Shown here: positions 9,593 through 19,160 of the stretch, in pieces | Position numbering within the stretch: the first letter of the stretch is position 1 | Layout of the letters: every line of letters begins with the position of its first letter | From: Sulfolobus acidocaldarius DSM 639 | Lineage (GTDB): Archaea; Thermoproteota; Thermoprotei_A; Sulfolobales; Sulfolobaceae | DNA: 32,000 nucleotides | Direction: 5' to 3' | Assembly: GCF_000012285.1 (NCBI RefSeq) | Contig: NC_007181.1 | Coordinates: 30,001 to 62,000, forward strand | Translations under genes and position numbers: made by a program | The notes under the pieces: model-generated | What the model was told of the DNA's origin: nothing | What the model saw: the letters and a program-made list of their open reading frames with translations, nothing else | Databases searched by the model: none

Positions 9593-11070
9593 TCAGAAAC
9601 ATCTGAGTGAACAATTTCTTCTTCCTTAGCTCTCTTCCATTCTTCTGTTAGATTTGGATCACTTCCTGATAGTTTACCTTCGAACTTGTCTATTTTGATT
9701 ATTGTTGGCAGTTTAACCACATTACCTATGATTATTGCTTCACCTGTGTCCAGAGAGGACAATCCATCAGCTAAATCCTCACTTAAGTTATCACTAGTTT
9801 CTAGCACATATTTCTTATCACTTGGCTCAACTATCTTAAGGATTATCTTATTTGTCATTTGGCTAAGTATGTTCTCGTCAAGACCTTTAGGTCTCTGACT
9901 AACGATTATTAGTCCTACACCAAACTTCCTTCCTTCTCTCGCTATTCTGCCAGCCCATTTCTTCGTTAATGTATTTGTATCCTTAGACAATAGGACGTGA
10001 GCCTCCTCTACAACGGTTAGTATTGGGAATTTTAAACCAGAATCTTTCTTTATCTTATTTTCTTTCCTTGAAGTTAGTATTCTTCTTAAATAATGGGCTA
10101 CTATGGCGTCTATTGCGTCCTCGTCCAAGGAGCTAAGATTTACAACGTTTATCTTGCCTAGTTTTATTTTGTTTATGACATCACCAAATGTTATGTCAAT
10201 AATATCTGAATACCTCTCCGCAAAGTCCTCAACCTTATTCAAAACCTCATCCTTACTCTCCTTTCTTTTTTCATTTCTACCTTCTTCCTCTATTTTCACT
10301 TTTAGTCTCTCGAAGAAATTACTATTTAATTCTGCTAAGGAGGTTTTTCCTTCCTTTATTTCATTGTTTATTTCTTCTTTCAATTGATTGAAAGTCCTCC
10401 TTATTATTCTGTATTGAATATTAGCGTTTTCCCTTATTTCAAGTAAGGTAGCGAATTCATTCACAGACAGGTATAAGGGATTTAATTTTGGCTCTATGAT
10501 ATTCAAATTGGGTAGTGTACTATCGTAATACTCCCCATGGTAGTCAAATATTAAGATAGAACCTCCTATTTCGACTAGCCTCTGGGATAGTATGGCGACT
10601 GTATTTGATTTACCTGACCCTGTTGCTGCCAAAATAGCAAGGTGTCTAGATAGAGGATTTAGTCTTATTTTGACCTCCACATTACTCCCTATTAATTTTC
10701 CTATTCTAACATCCCCTGCAGAAAAAACAGTTGAAAGCTCCTCATCAGAGGCTAGTCTAACAGGTGTTCCAGCTACAGGAGGTAAATCTGGTTGTGTGAA
10801 TTTTCCGTCTAATTTACAAAGTAGTTTGATTCTGGCTTTAATGAAAAATGGGATCTTATTTGCCTCCAGTTGTTTTATTCTTTGTACAAATTTCACATCA
10901 TTCAAATTATCATCTAATAAAGGACTACCTGTATAAACATTAGTAATGAGTCCTAAAATTTTATCCCCATCATATTCAAGAATCACATAATAGCCAGCTC
11001 TAATTTTTTGCTCTAGTATGGCGGTAGCTTCATTTATAGTTGCTGACCCTATGATGTATCCTATGGTCAT
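9583..11070 (-). CDS. herA: HerA bipolar DNA helicase
   Basis: 495 aa; HLAILAATGSGKSNTVAIL Walker A, FPILTVVEEAHVLLS Walker B, VLETSDNLSEDLADGLSSLDTGEAIIIG; operonic with mre11/rad50/nurA. Confidence 0.97.
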   Translation of the reverse strand: MTIGYIIGSATINEATAILEQKIRAGYYVILEYDGDKILGLITNVYTGSPLLDDNLNDVKFVQRIKQLEANKIPFFIKARIKLLCKLDGKFTQPDLPPVAGTPVRLASDEELSTVFSAGDVRIGKLIGSNVEVKIRLNPLSRHLAILAATGSGKSNTVAILSQRLVEIGGSILIFDYHGEYYDSTLPNLNIIEPKLNPLYLSVNEFATLLEIRENANIQYRIIRRTFNQLKEEINNEIKEGKTSLAELNSNFFERLKVKIEEEGRNEKRKESKDEVLNKVEDFAERYSDIIDITFGDVINKIKLGKINVVNLSSLDEDAIDAIVAHYLRRILTSRKENKIKKDSGLKFPILTVVEEAHVLLSKDTNTLTKKWAGRIAREGRKFGVGLIIVSQRPKGLDENILSQMTNKIILKIVEPSDKKYVLETSDNLSEDLADGLSSLDTGEAIIIGNVVKLPTIIKIDKFEGKLSGSDPNLTEEWKRAKEEEIVHSDVSDWG

Positions 11071-11090
11071 TTATTAAGATGTTATCCTAA

Positions 11091-11101
11091 AAAGTATATA
11101 A
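11091..11101 (-). promoter_or_regulatory. TATA-like element of the herA-mre11-rad50-nurA operon
   Basis: Minus strand TTATATAC 24-31 bp upstream of the herA ATG at 11070; spacing predicts a nearly leaderless transcript. Confidence 0.5.
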
Positions 11102-11172
11102 CGATTTATTATAGTGTGATAGTAATACCAGAACGAGAAATTAGAAAATTGTAAAAAAAGAATTTTAAAATA

Positions 11173-11547
11173 TTATGCGGCTACTTTTCCTACAGTTTCT
11201 GCAATTTTTGCTTCTTCTTCAGCAAATGCGCATAGCATTGCTTCTATGTCGGCATATCCTTCTGCTTTTGCTGTCATTGCTATTTTGTTGTATGTGGATA
11301 TGTGCTCCTCTCCCTCTTTAGTAGCGAAATCAGATAGTAACTTCTTTACCTTTAATTCGGTGGCTACTTTTCCTACAGTTTCTGCAATTTTTGCTTCTTC
11401 TTCAGCAAATGCGCATAGCATTGCTTCTATGTCGGCATATCCTTCTGCTTTTGCTGTCATTGCTATTTTGTTGTATGTGGATATGTGCTCCTCTCCCTCT
11501 TTTATTGAGAATTCTTCTAATATTTTTTCTACTTTACTGGATATCAT
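11173..11547 (-). CDS. Small internally duplicated helical protein, possible ferritin/rubrerythrin-like fold
   Basis: Two about 61-aa units sharing KEGEEHISTYNKIAMTAKAEGYADIEAMLCAFAEEEAKIAETVGKVA. The track gives start 11589, but the TATA-like atatataag at 11577-11585 makes ATG 11547 (MISSKVEKI...) more likely. Confidence 0.7.
   Translation of the reverse strand: MISSKVEKILEEFSIKEGEEHISTYNKIAMTAKAEGYADIEAMLCAFAEEEAKIAETVGKVATELKVKKLLSDFATKEGEEHISTYNKIAMTAKAEGYADIEAMLCAFAEEEAKIAETVGKVAA
11179..11502. repeat. Perfect 141-bp direct repeat (11179-11319 and 11362-11502), 183-bp period
   Basis: Base-by-base comparison shows identity across 141 bp, with divergent 42-bp spacer. Confidence 0.92.
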
Positions 11548-11686
11548 AGGTATTCGTAATGAATAATCGGAAGGCAAATATATAAGCATTTGTTAAGCTT
11601 TTTTAATACTAAATATAATTAGCATTTTTGTATTTCAACAAAGTTTGAGATTTTTGTATTACGGAACTAAAAATCCTCTAAAAAAC

Positions 11687-12097
11687 TTAACTTGTATATA
11701 AAATTCTTTCGTATAATTTCTTTGCCTCTTCATACTTCTCCTTTGATTTGGTTTCTAATTCGTTCTTCCTTTCAGGAAGTTTTTCAGCTAATAGTTTTGA
11801 GAGCATATAAACTGTAGCTGTAAGCATAAATTTCTCTTTTAATTGCTCACTTTCCTTTTTATTTAACTCTTCGAACCAATTGGTTATATATTCTAACCCT
11901 AAATACTTTATCATTTTCTCTAATATTCCCCTAGCATGACCCAATTCAACTAAGGCTTTTTCCCTAATTTTTTCAGATTCTTCCTTTTTATTAACCTCCT
12001 CCAGCTTTTGAGAGGAGAACAATAGTAATAAATGGTCTTCGGAGTTAGCCATAAAAAGCTCTTTTAATCCTATTTCAGTCTGTGTCCCCTTCATCAC
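11687..12097 (-). CDS. Hypothetical small helical protein
   Basis: 136 aa ORF with GTG start (track M1), strongly helical composition, ALVELGHARGILEKM (ExxH). Confidence 0.6.
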   Translation of the reverse strand: MMKGTQTEIGLKELFMANSEDHLLLLFSSQKLEEVNKKEESEKIREKALVELGHARGILEKMIKYLGLEYITNWFEELNKKESEQLKEKFMLTATVYMLSKLLAEKLPERKNELETKSKEKYEEAKKLYERILYTS

Positions 12098-12138
12098 CTT
12101 TAAATTGTATTCATAGCTAATATACTCTTGTTAAAATA

Positions 12139-12187
12139 ATGATGACTAACTCCAATACTGACCAATGATGTCGTAACCCGAAACTGA
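12139..12187 (+). ncRNA. C/D box guide sRNA candidate
   Basis: C box ATGATGA (12139-12145), guide ctaactccaata, D' CTGA (12158-12161), C' ATGATGT (12165-12171), guide cgtaacccgaaa, D CTGA (12184-12187); 49 nt total. Confidence 0.85.
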
Positions 12188-12223
12188 ATAAAAGTAAAAT
12201 CCTTCCCTACTGAGAATATTTGT

Positions 12224-13735
12224 ATGATAACCTCAAAAAGAATGAAAGCCCTTGAAATTAATAGCGAAGCATTAGGCGTGCCAACATTACTCTTGATGGA
12301 AAACGCAGGGAGAAGTGTAAAGGATGAAATAATGAAAAGACTGAATTTGGACTATTCTAAAAAGGTTGTAGTATTTGCAGGAACTGGTGGAAAAGGAGGA
12401 GACGGATTAGTAGTAGCAAGGCACCTTGCCTCGGAAGGGTCAGAGGTTCATGTTTTACTTTTAGGCGAGAACAAACATCCGGACGCAATCATTAACTTGA
12501 ATGCAATATATGAAATGGATTATTCTATTAGAGAAGTTAAACTGATAAAAGATACTGACGAATTGCAACCAGTTAAAGCTGACGTGCTTATAGATGCCAT
12601 GTTAGGCACGGGATTTTCTGGTAAAGTTAGAGAACCATTTAGAACAGCTATTAGAGTATTTAATCAGAGCTCTGGTTTTAAGGTTTCTATAGATATACCC
12701 TCTGGGATAAATGCAGACGATGAAGAACAGCAGGGAGAACACGTTATTCCCGACCTAATAGTCACCTTTCATGATCTTAAGCCAGGCTTAAAAAAATTTG
12801 AGAGTAAAGTGGTCGTCAAGAAAATAGGTATTCCTAAAGAGGCTGAAATATATGTTGGTCCCGGTGATGTCATTGTCAATGTGAAGAAAAGAGAGTATAA
12901 CACAAAGAAAGGAGATAATGGAAGAGTTTTGATCATTGGAGGGAATTTTACATTTAGTGGAGCCCCAACTCTATCTGCTTTGGGAGCCTTAAGGACGGGA
13001 GCAGATCTGGTATATGTCGCATCTCCAGAGGAGACAGCTAAGGTCATCTCTAGCTTTTCCCCTGACCTTATATCTATTAAGCTTAAGGGAAAGAATATAT
13101 CTACAGACAATTTGGATGAGCTAAAACCATGGATTGATAAAGCTGACGTCGTAGTTGTAGGACCTGGTATGGGACAAGAAAGGGAAACTGTAGATGCTTC
13201 CATAGAGATAGTTAGATATCTGAAAGCAAAGAATAAACCTTCAGTCATAGATGCTGATGCGTTAAAATCAGTGGCAGGTATGGAATTATTCCCGAATGCA
13301 GTAATAACTCCTCATGCAGGAGAATTTAAGATATATTCAGGGGTTCAGCCTGATTCGAACATGAGAAAAAGAATTGAGCAAGTGAAGGAGTGCTCACTGA
13401 AATGTAATTGTGTAGTACTCCTTAAGGGTTATGTTGATATCATAGCAGAAAAGGAAGAATTTAAACTTAATAAGACAGGAAATCCTGGAATGGCAGTTGG
13501 CGGTACTGGGGATACATTGACAGGAATAATTGCCTCATTTATGGCTCAAAAACTATCTCCATTCACTTCTGCTTACTTGGGAGCATTCGTTAATGGTTTA
13601 GCAGGGTCTATAGCATATGAAAAACTTGGCGCACATCTAGTTGCAACAGATATAATAGAAAACATTCCTAAGGTAATTAATGAACCTTTAGAAGTGTTCA
13701 AGAAAAAAGTGTACAAAAGGATTTTAGATACTTAG
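12224..13735 (+). CDS. nnr: Bifunctional NAD(P)H-hydrate epimerase / ADP-dependent NAD(P)H-hydrate dehydratase
   Basis: 503 aa; N-terminal YjeF-like LMENAGRSV...VFAGTGGKGGDGLVVARHLA; C-terminal kinase-like GRVLIIGGNFTFSGAPTLSALGALRTGADLV and GNPGMAVGGTGDTLTGI. Confidence 0.93.
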   Translation: MITSKRMKALEINSEALGVPTLLLMENAGRSVKDEIMKRLNLDYSKKVVVFAGTGGKGGDGLVVARHLASEGSEVHVLLLGENKHPDAIINLNAIYEMDYSIREVKLIKDTDELQPVKADVLIDAMLGTGFSGKVREPFRTAIRVFNQSSGFKVSIDIPSGINADDEEQQGEHVIPDLIVTFHDLKPGLKKFESKVVVKKIGIPKEAEIYVGPGDVIVNVKKREYNTKKGDNGRVLIIGGNFTFSGAPTLSALGALRTGADLVYVASPEETAKVISSFSPDLISIKLKGKNISTDNLDELKPWIDKADVVVVGPGMGQERETVDASIEIVRYLKAKNKPSVIDADALKSVAGMELFPNAVITPHAGEFKIYSGVQPDSNMRKRIEQVKECSLKCNCVVLLKGYVDIIAEKEEFKLNKTGNPGMAVGGTGDTLTGIIASFMAQKLSPFTSAYLGAFVNGLAGSIAYEKLGAHLVATDIIENIPKVINEPLEVFKKKVYKRILDT

Positions 13736-14193
13736 GTTTTACCCCTAATTCTTTTAATAATCTCAAGTGATTTGTTTGCATGTTCTTCTGCATTTCCTAG
13801 ACCGCTCAATACCTCTATAATTTTTCCGTTTTCGTCTATGATAAAGGTTACTCTCTGAGCACTTGAGCCTTTCTCGTTTAGAACACCGTATAATTTAGCT
13901 ATTTGTTTATTTGAGTCAGAAACTATAGGAAATCTGGCACCGCATTTGTCTGCAAAACTCTTTTGAGTTGAAACTGTATCAACACTAACACCTATAACTT
14001 CAGCATTTAACTGTTTAAATTGGTCATAAAGTTGTCCAAATTTTATGGTCTCTCTAGTACAACCAGGTGTAAACGCCTTAGGATAGAAATATAGTACAAC
14101 TACAGATTTGCCTCTATATGAAGATAGTTTCAATTTTCCTATAGTTGAATCTCCTTCAAAATCAGGAGCTTCATTTCCTTTTTCTAAAGCCAT
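13732..14193 (-). CDS. bcp: Peroxiredoxin, Bcp type
   Basis: 153 aa; VLYFYPKAFTPGCTRE peroxidatic Cys motif, GVSVDTVSTQKSFADK. Confidence 0.93.
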   Translation of the reverse strand: MALEKGNEAPDFEGDSTIGKLKLSSYRGKSVVVLYFYPKAFTPGCTRETIKFGQLYDQFKQLNAEVIGVSVDTVSTQKSFADKCGARFPIVSDSNKQIAKLYGVLNEKGSSAQRVTFIIDENGKIIEVLSGLGNAEEHANKSLEIIKRIRGKT

Positions 14194-14257
14194 AGATTAT
14201 CTGATATAAATATATTCAGTTATGGTTTTTAACCTCTTTTTCGCTTATGCCTTACAA

Positions 14258-15793
14258 ATGAGAAAAATACCTAGGACTATGTCAACACAGCATCCTGATA
14301 ACGCAAAAGTTCCTGAGTGGAACCAAGGAGAAGCAATAAGCGGTGAAAACGAGATCATCGAGGCATATTTGGCTTTCTCCAGGTATGGTGTGGAGGAGGT
14401 AATGTGGGATGCTGAAGGTAAGGACGTGGACACTCATGTAGTGAGAAAATTACTAAGTCAATACCCAGAATTTTTCAGACATAGGATATTAGGCAAGGAT
14501 ATTTTCCTGACGTATAGGGTTCCAAATCCAAAAATAGAGGGTGCTGAGAGAAAAGTCTTTGCTGAAACGCTAAATACTATACCAATAACATATGACTTAG
14601 CTGAGAAGTTTTACGGCGAAAATCCTAATCCACCAGTCTTTGAAGTTATTTTACCTTTTACAACTAGTTATGAAGAGTTAATTGCAGTCATCAAGTTTTA
14701 TGAGAAAGTAATAGTTAACAGTGACAATACGAAGCTAGTTGATGATACTTATGTAAAGGATATTATAGGTGAGACAAATCCTAAGAAGATCGAAGTAATT
14801 CCTCTAATAGAAGATAGAGATTCAATGTTAAGAATAGATACAATAGTTGGGAAATACATAGAAATAGAGAGACCTCCATATCTGAGAGTATTCTTAGCAA
14901 GATCAGATCCAGCTATGAATTACGGTTTATTGTCAGCTGTTCTGTCAGTCAAATATGCATTAAGTAGACTTTCGAAAATGGAAAAGATTTATGGAGTGAA
15001 AATATTTCCTTTACTTGGAGTCGGTTCTTTACCCTTCAGGGGTCATTTTAGTCCATATAATGTTGAAAATACCTTGAATGAATATAGAGGCATATATACC
15101 TTTACTGTTCAATCAGCGTTCAAATATGACTATGAAGATGACCTTGTGATCAGTGCAATAAAGAAAGTAAATGGGACTAACGTAACCGAAAAAATTGAAT
15201 TAAGTGAGGAAGATGAGGAGATCATTTCCAACGTAACGAGAAAATACACGCAAGGTTATCAGAATAAGATAGAGGCATTAGCCGATGTTATAAACAAAGT
15301 GGCATTACTGCTTCCTAGAAGAAGAGCAAGGAAATTACACATAGGTTTGTTTGGATATTCTAGAAGCACAGGTAAGGTAACACTACCTAGAGCTATTTCC
15401 TTTGTTGGCTCTCTTTATACTATAGGTATTCCACCTGAGATTATAGGACTTTCCTCTCTATCAAAAATGACTGATCAAGAACTTAATGCCATATTCAATA
15501 ATTACAAGTATTTGAAGAACGATCTGCAATTCGCAGCTCGTTTCGTTAACTTTGAAGCTCTTCAATTACTTAAAGATATATGGAATATTGATGCAGAGGT
15601 TGTCAAAGCTATAAAGGAAGATATAGACTACGCAGAAAATAGTTTGGGAATTAGAATAGGCGAAAGTGATTATATGAGCAAAAAACACGTTCTACTCTCT
15701 ACCCTGGCACTATTGTCCATAAAAGAGGGTAAATTGGACGAGGCTAAAACGTATATAAAAGAAATGGCTATAGTAAGAAGAGCAATAGGATGA
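14258..15793 (+). CDS. ppcA: Archaeal-type phosphoenolpyruvate carboxylase
   Basis: [22 protein letters not shown]...; track start 14222 but ATG 14258 fits the family N-terminus as I recall it. Confidence 0.93.
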
Positions 15794-16605
15794 AAATACT
15801 AGTAAGTGGTTTAATTCCCGTAGATTCGGGTAAGACCACTTTTTCGCTTTCTATTCTAAGCTTTTTTAAGAGTGTTGGAATAGATGTGTTTCCGCATAAG
15901 CCAGTTGCAGGTCATAATGCGTGGTATAGTTATTCTACACTATTAAGAAGCGAAGAACTTAAAGCACTTGTAGGCAACGATGCTCTAAAATACTATGATG
16001 AAACCAGACTAGATATAAATATGATAAATCCTTTTGCGGTTCTTCTTGCTCCTCCAGATCTTGAAAAATTAGGGTATAATGTAAGACTCTATAAAGAGAT
16101 TATTACGAATGGTCTTCCCGTAATGATAAGATTATATGACGGCAATGCCGTATCACACCTTGTTTTAGAAAAGTTTAGTGAATTGGTAACCGATTCTCTC
16201 GTAGAAAAGATAGAGTCATTATCAAAGGTTCTAAAAGCCATCCGAGTTCCTAAGGAAAAGTTAAATGAGATTATAAATTACTCACCAGACATCTCTGATA
16301 TATCTACTCAGAAAATATTGTCTCGGGAGTCTAATGTTTTAATTGAGTCTTATAATGACGCCTTAGCTCCTAACTATAGTTCTTTAAACGTAGATTGTCT
16401 CTTTATCGTATCTCCTGGTAAAGTGTTTTTAATAGACGAGTTTAAGAAGTTCATTACTCTCTTTGCTACTCAGCCTTGGCTAATTCAGGGATCCTCATTT
16501 ATTAGGTATGCAAAAGTGAGCAAAGTGTGGAAAACAGAGTTGGGTACATATAAACTGGAAAACGGTTTAGAGGATTTTTTGTTAGGCTTAGCTGAAAAAG
16601 AGTAA
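15790..16605 (+). CDS. Predicted P-loop ATPase/GTPase (dethiobiotin-synthetase-like fold)
   Basis: 271 aa; [23 protein letters not shown] Walker A; ATGA overlap with ppcA stop. Confidence 0.75.
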
Positions 16606-16629
16606 GAAGTGGACTTATTCTCAGTAAAA

Positions 16630-17589
16630 TTAAGCCTTCTGTTGATTTTCTAATATACTGCCTATGATTTTTGTATATTTCTCAATAAGAAGCTTAATTC
16701 TGTGATTTTTATTTAACTCTACGTCTATCTCATTTTTATTCTGTATAATGAACCTTTCTATTATAGTGTTTATAGATCTTTTTAGTAGTAATTCTAGTAT
16801 CTTAACCCTTCTATTTTCAACTTTAAATTCAAACTTTCTATTACCTATCAAGAACCTCAGATGTTCATCAAAGGCGTCAATGAGTTCACTTATACCAACT
16901 CCCTTAATTGCTATTGTTTTCACTATCCTTGGTTTCCATCCATCCTTATACTCACCTTCAGCGGTTTCAATTGCAAACCTTATAGTGTTATAAGCTAATT
17001 CAGTTTCAGGCTTATCAGATTTGTTTATAACATAGATATCTCCAATTTCCATTATTCCTGCTTTTAGGGCTTGTATGTCATCTCCAGTTCCAGGAGTCGT
17101 TAATACACTTATGGTATGAACGGTATCTATGACTTCTGTATCCGTTTGTCCTGCACCGACTGTTTCAACCAATATTCTATCAAATCCTAATCCATCCAAA
17201 GCTTCCACTAACATTAATGCTTCTGAAGATATACCACCTAAATATCCTCTGGATCCTATACTTCTAATGAAAACTTTTTCTCCAAACTCATCTTCTGATA
17301 GCCTTATTCTATTACCCATAAAGGAGCCTAAACTAAATGGACTTGACGGATCTATTAGTATCACACCTACCCTATGTCCTCTATTTAAATATTCACTAAC
17401 CAGCTTGGAAATTAGTGTACTTTTCCCTGAGCCAGGAGAACCAGTGATTCCTATCACATGGGCTTTTCCGGAATTTTTCATTAATTGCTCTAAGGCATCG
17501 AGACCCTCTGGGGTCAGGTATTCTATCTTAGTTAACAGTCTTCCGATTGCTAACTGGTTCCCCTTAAGTGCCTCATCTAACAGGCTCAA
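16630..17589 (-). CDS. meaB: MeaB/ArgK-family GTPase associated with methylmalonyl-CoA mutase
   Basis: 319 aa; [56 protein letters not shown]. Confidence 0.93.
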   Translation of the reverse strand: MSLLDEALKGNQLAIGRLLTKIEYLTPEGLDALEQLMKNSGKAHVIGITGSPGSGKSTLISKLVSEYLNRGHRVGVILIDPSSPFSLGSFMGNRIRLSEDEFGEKVFIRSIGSRGYLGGISSEALMLVEALDGLGFDRILVETVGAGQTDTEVIDTVHTISVLTTPGTGDDIQALKAGIMEIGDIYVINKSDKPETELAYNTIRFAIETAEGEYKDGWKPRIVKTIAIKGVGISELIDAFDEHLRFLIGNRKFEFKVENRRVKILELLLKRSINTIIERFIIQNKNEIDVELNKNHRIKLLIEKYTKIIGSILENQQKA

Positions 17590-17995
17590 AACTTAGACCT
17601 CTCTTATCTGAGGCTACTTTTATTATTTTTTCAGTTATTTCTTTAAGACTTGAACCAGGCAAAAATACTTCATCTACACCCAATTGTTTTAGGGCAGGAA
17701 TATCTTGAGGTGGAATAACTCCTCCAACTACAAGGCCTACGTCATTTAGTTTCTTGTCTTTCATTTCTTTTACTAACATTGATATTAACTCAATGTGAGC
17801 TCCACTCAGTATACTTACTCCTATAACATCTACGTCTTCCTGTATTGCAGCTTTTACTATTTGCTCAGGTGTTTGTCTTAAACCAGTATAAACAACTTCC
17901 ATGCCAGCATCTTTCAATGCTCTGGCTACTACTTTAGCACCCCTATCATGGCCGTCTAATCCTAATTTAGCTACTAGAACTTTGATACGCTTCAT
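17573..17995 (-). CDS. mcmA2: Methylmalonyl-CoA mutase, separate B12-binding subunit
   Basis: [45 protein letters not shown], the DxHxxG cobalamin motif. The track start (18064) runs into the tRNA, so ATG 17995 is preferred. Confidence 0.93.
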   Translation of the reverse strand: MKRIKVLVAKLGLDGHDRGAKVVARALKDAGMEVVYTGLRQTPEQIVKAAIQEDVDVIGVSILSGAHIELISMLVKEMKDKKLNDVGLVVGGVIPPQDIPALKQLGVDEVFLPGSSLKEITEKIIKVASDKRGLSFEPVR

Positions 17996-18034
17996 ACTTA
18001 ATATTAAGTTTAAACTGTTTAAATTTTTTAGTCT

Positions 18035-18109
18035 GGGGCCGCCGGGATTTGAACCCGGGACCACCAGGGCCCAAGCCTGGCATCCTAGTCCAAGCTAGAC
18101 TACGGCCCC
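18035..18109 (-). tRNA. tRNA-Pro (anticodon UGG)
   Basis: Minus strand: ggggccg ta gtct...ggat g ccagg cttgggc cctgg tggtc ccggg ttcaaat cccgg cggcccc; full cloverleaf, 75 nt, no intron. Confidence 0.97.
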
Positions 18110-18361
18110 TCACTATAACTAGCTAGTTTAAGGTTTATTAATTTGTTGCTTGATCTTACCAACATACGTTGATCTAGATATTATGTTGAATTCTTATGTT
18201 CTATAGCGTAATTATGAACAGTTTGTATAACTCCTTTAGAGAATAAATTATATTTCAATATTACTAATTATTGTACTGGATTCCCCATAAAATTGTATAC
18301 ATTATATAGGAAAAATAATTTGAGGTAGTCTCATAAGTATGACTTAACTTAATACCGTAAG

Positions 18362-18370
18362 GTTTATTTA
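18362..18370 (+). promoter_or_regulatory. Candidate TATA element for sac7d
   Basis: gtttattta about 31-39 bp upstream of the sac7d ATG. Confidence 0.35.
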
Positions 18371-18400
18371 TGACAATATCGTAAGATAACTTGACCTAAT

Positions 18401-18601
18401 ATGGTGAAGGTAAAGTTCAAGTATAAGGGTGAAGAGAAAGAAGTAGACACTTCAAAGATAAAGAAGGTTTGGAGAGTAGGCAAAATGGTGTCCTTTACCT
18501 ATGACGACAATGGTAAGACAGGTAGAGGAGCTGTAAGCGAGAAAGATGCTCCAAAAGAATTATTAGACATGTTAGCAAGAGCAGAAAGAGAGAAGAAATA
18601 A
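18401..18601 (+). CDS. sac7d: Sac7d, Sul7d-family chromatin protein
   Basis: [66 protein letters not shown], recognised as Sac7d. Confidence 0.98.
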
Positions 18602-18719
18602 AATAATTTGTTAAGAAAATCTTCATATAAATTCTTTTTATTTTCTTGTTTTAATTTATTAGAATTCGGCTTAACTTTAAGGTTAACATAATTTATACTT
18701 ACTACATATATTTTATGTT

Positions 18720-19055
18720 ATGACAAAGAGAATTAATGCGCCTTGTGAGAGAGCATCCCGTGAAATTATCCCAGTTGTAAAAAATTTAATAGCCAATAAC
18801 TTGTACGCAAAAGGATATACGTACAAGCAAATAGGGGAGATTCTAGGAGTTTCAGCTACAGAAATAAATTACTTGATCAGAGGGTTAAGGGGTACTAATG
18901 AACTTAGAGACATACTTAAAAAGGATAAGGAGTTTACGGAGTTGGTAGAATCGTATGTGACTAGTGGTGAAGAATTTTTATCATTGTGTCCATTATGTAG
19001 TTATGTTAGGCGAAAAGTATTAAACTGGTCTATTATTTGTCCATACGATATATAA
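18720..19055 (+). CDS. Archaeal HTH-domain putative transcriptional regulator
   Basis: 111 aa; GYTYKQIGEILGVSATEINYLIRGLRG helix-turn-helix; C-terminal CPLC...C. Confidence 0.75.
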   Translation: MTKRINAPCERASREIIPVVKNLIANNLYAKGYTYKQIGEILGVSATEINYLIRGLRGTNELRDILKKDKEFTELVESYVTSGEEFLSLCPLCSYVRRKVLNWSIICPYDI

Positions 19056-19104
19056 TGATGAGCTTCCAGGCTCTGGATTGATGAAGAGGGTTAGCAAGAT
19101 CTGA
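19055..19104 (+). ncRNA. C/D box guide sRNA candidate
   Basis: C box ATGATGA (19055-19061), guide gcttccaggct, D'-like CTGG (19073-19076), C' TTGATGA (19078-19084), guide agagggttagcaagat, D CTGA (19101-19104); 50 nt. Confidence 0.82.
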
Positions 19105-19160
19105 TTTATGTAATTGTTTTCATGCTACAATGTTTCGGTTAGAAACTAAACTAAAAATAA

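Noticed and set aside
11246-11566. Plus-strand 106-aa repeated ORF
   Set aside because: Mirror of the 141-bp repeat; the minus-strand reading has a TATA-like element and a sensible amphipathic protein.
12769-13248. Minus 159-aa ORF within the NAD(P)HX repair gene
   Set aside because: Antisense to a strongly conserved kinase-like domain.
18035-18109. Minus ORF N-terminal extension ([14 protein letters not shown]...) and plus ORF 17901..18098
   Set aside because: These translate the tRNA-Pro gene; the mutase subunit begins at 17995.
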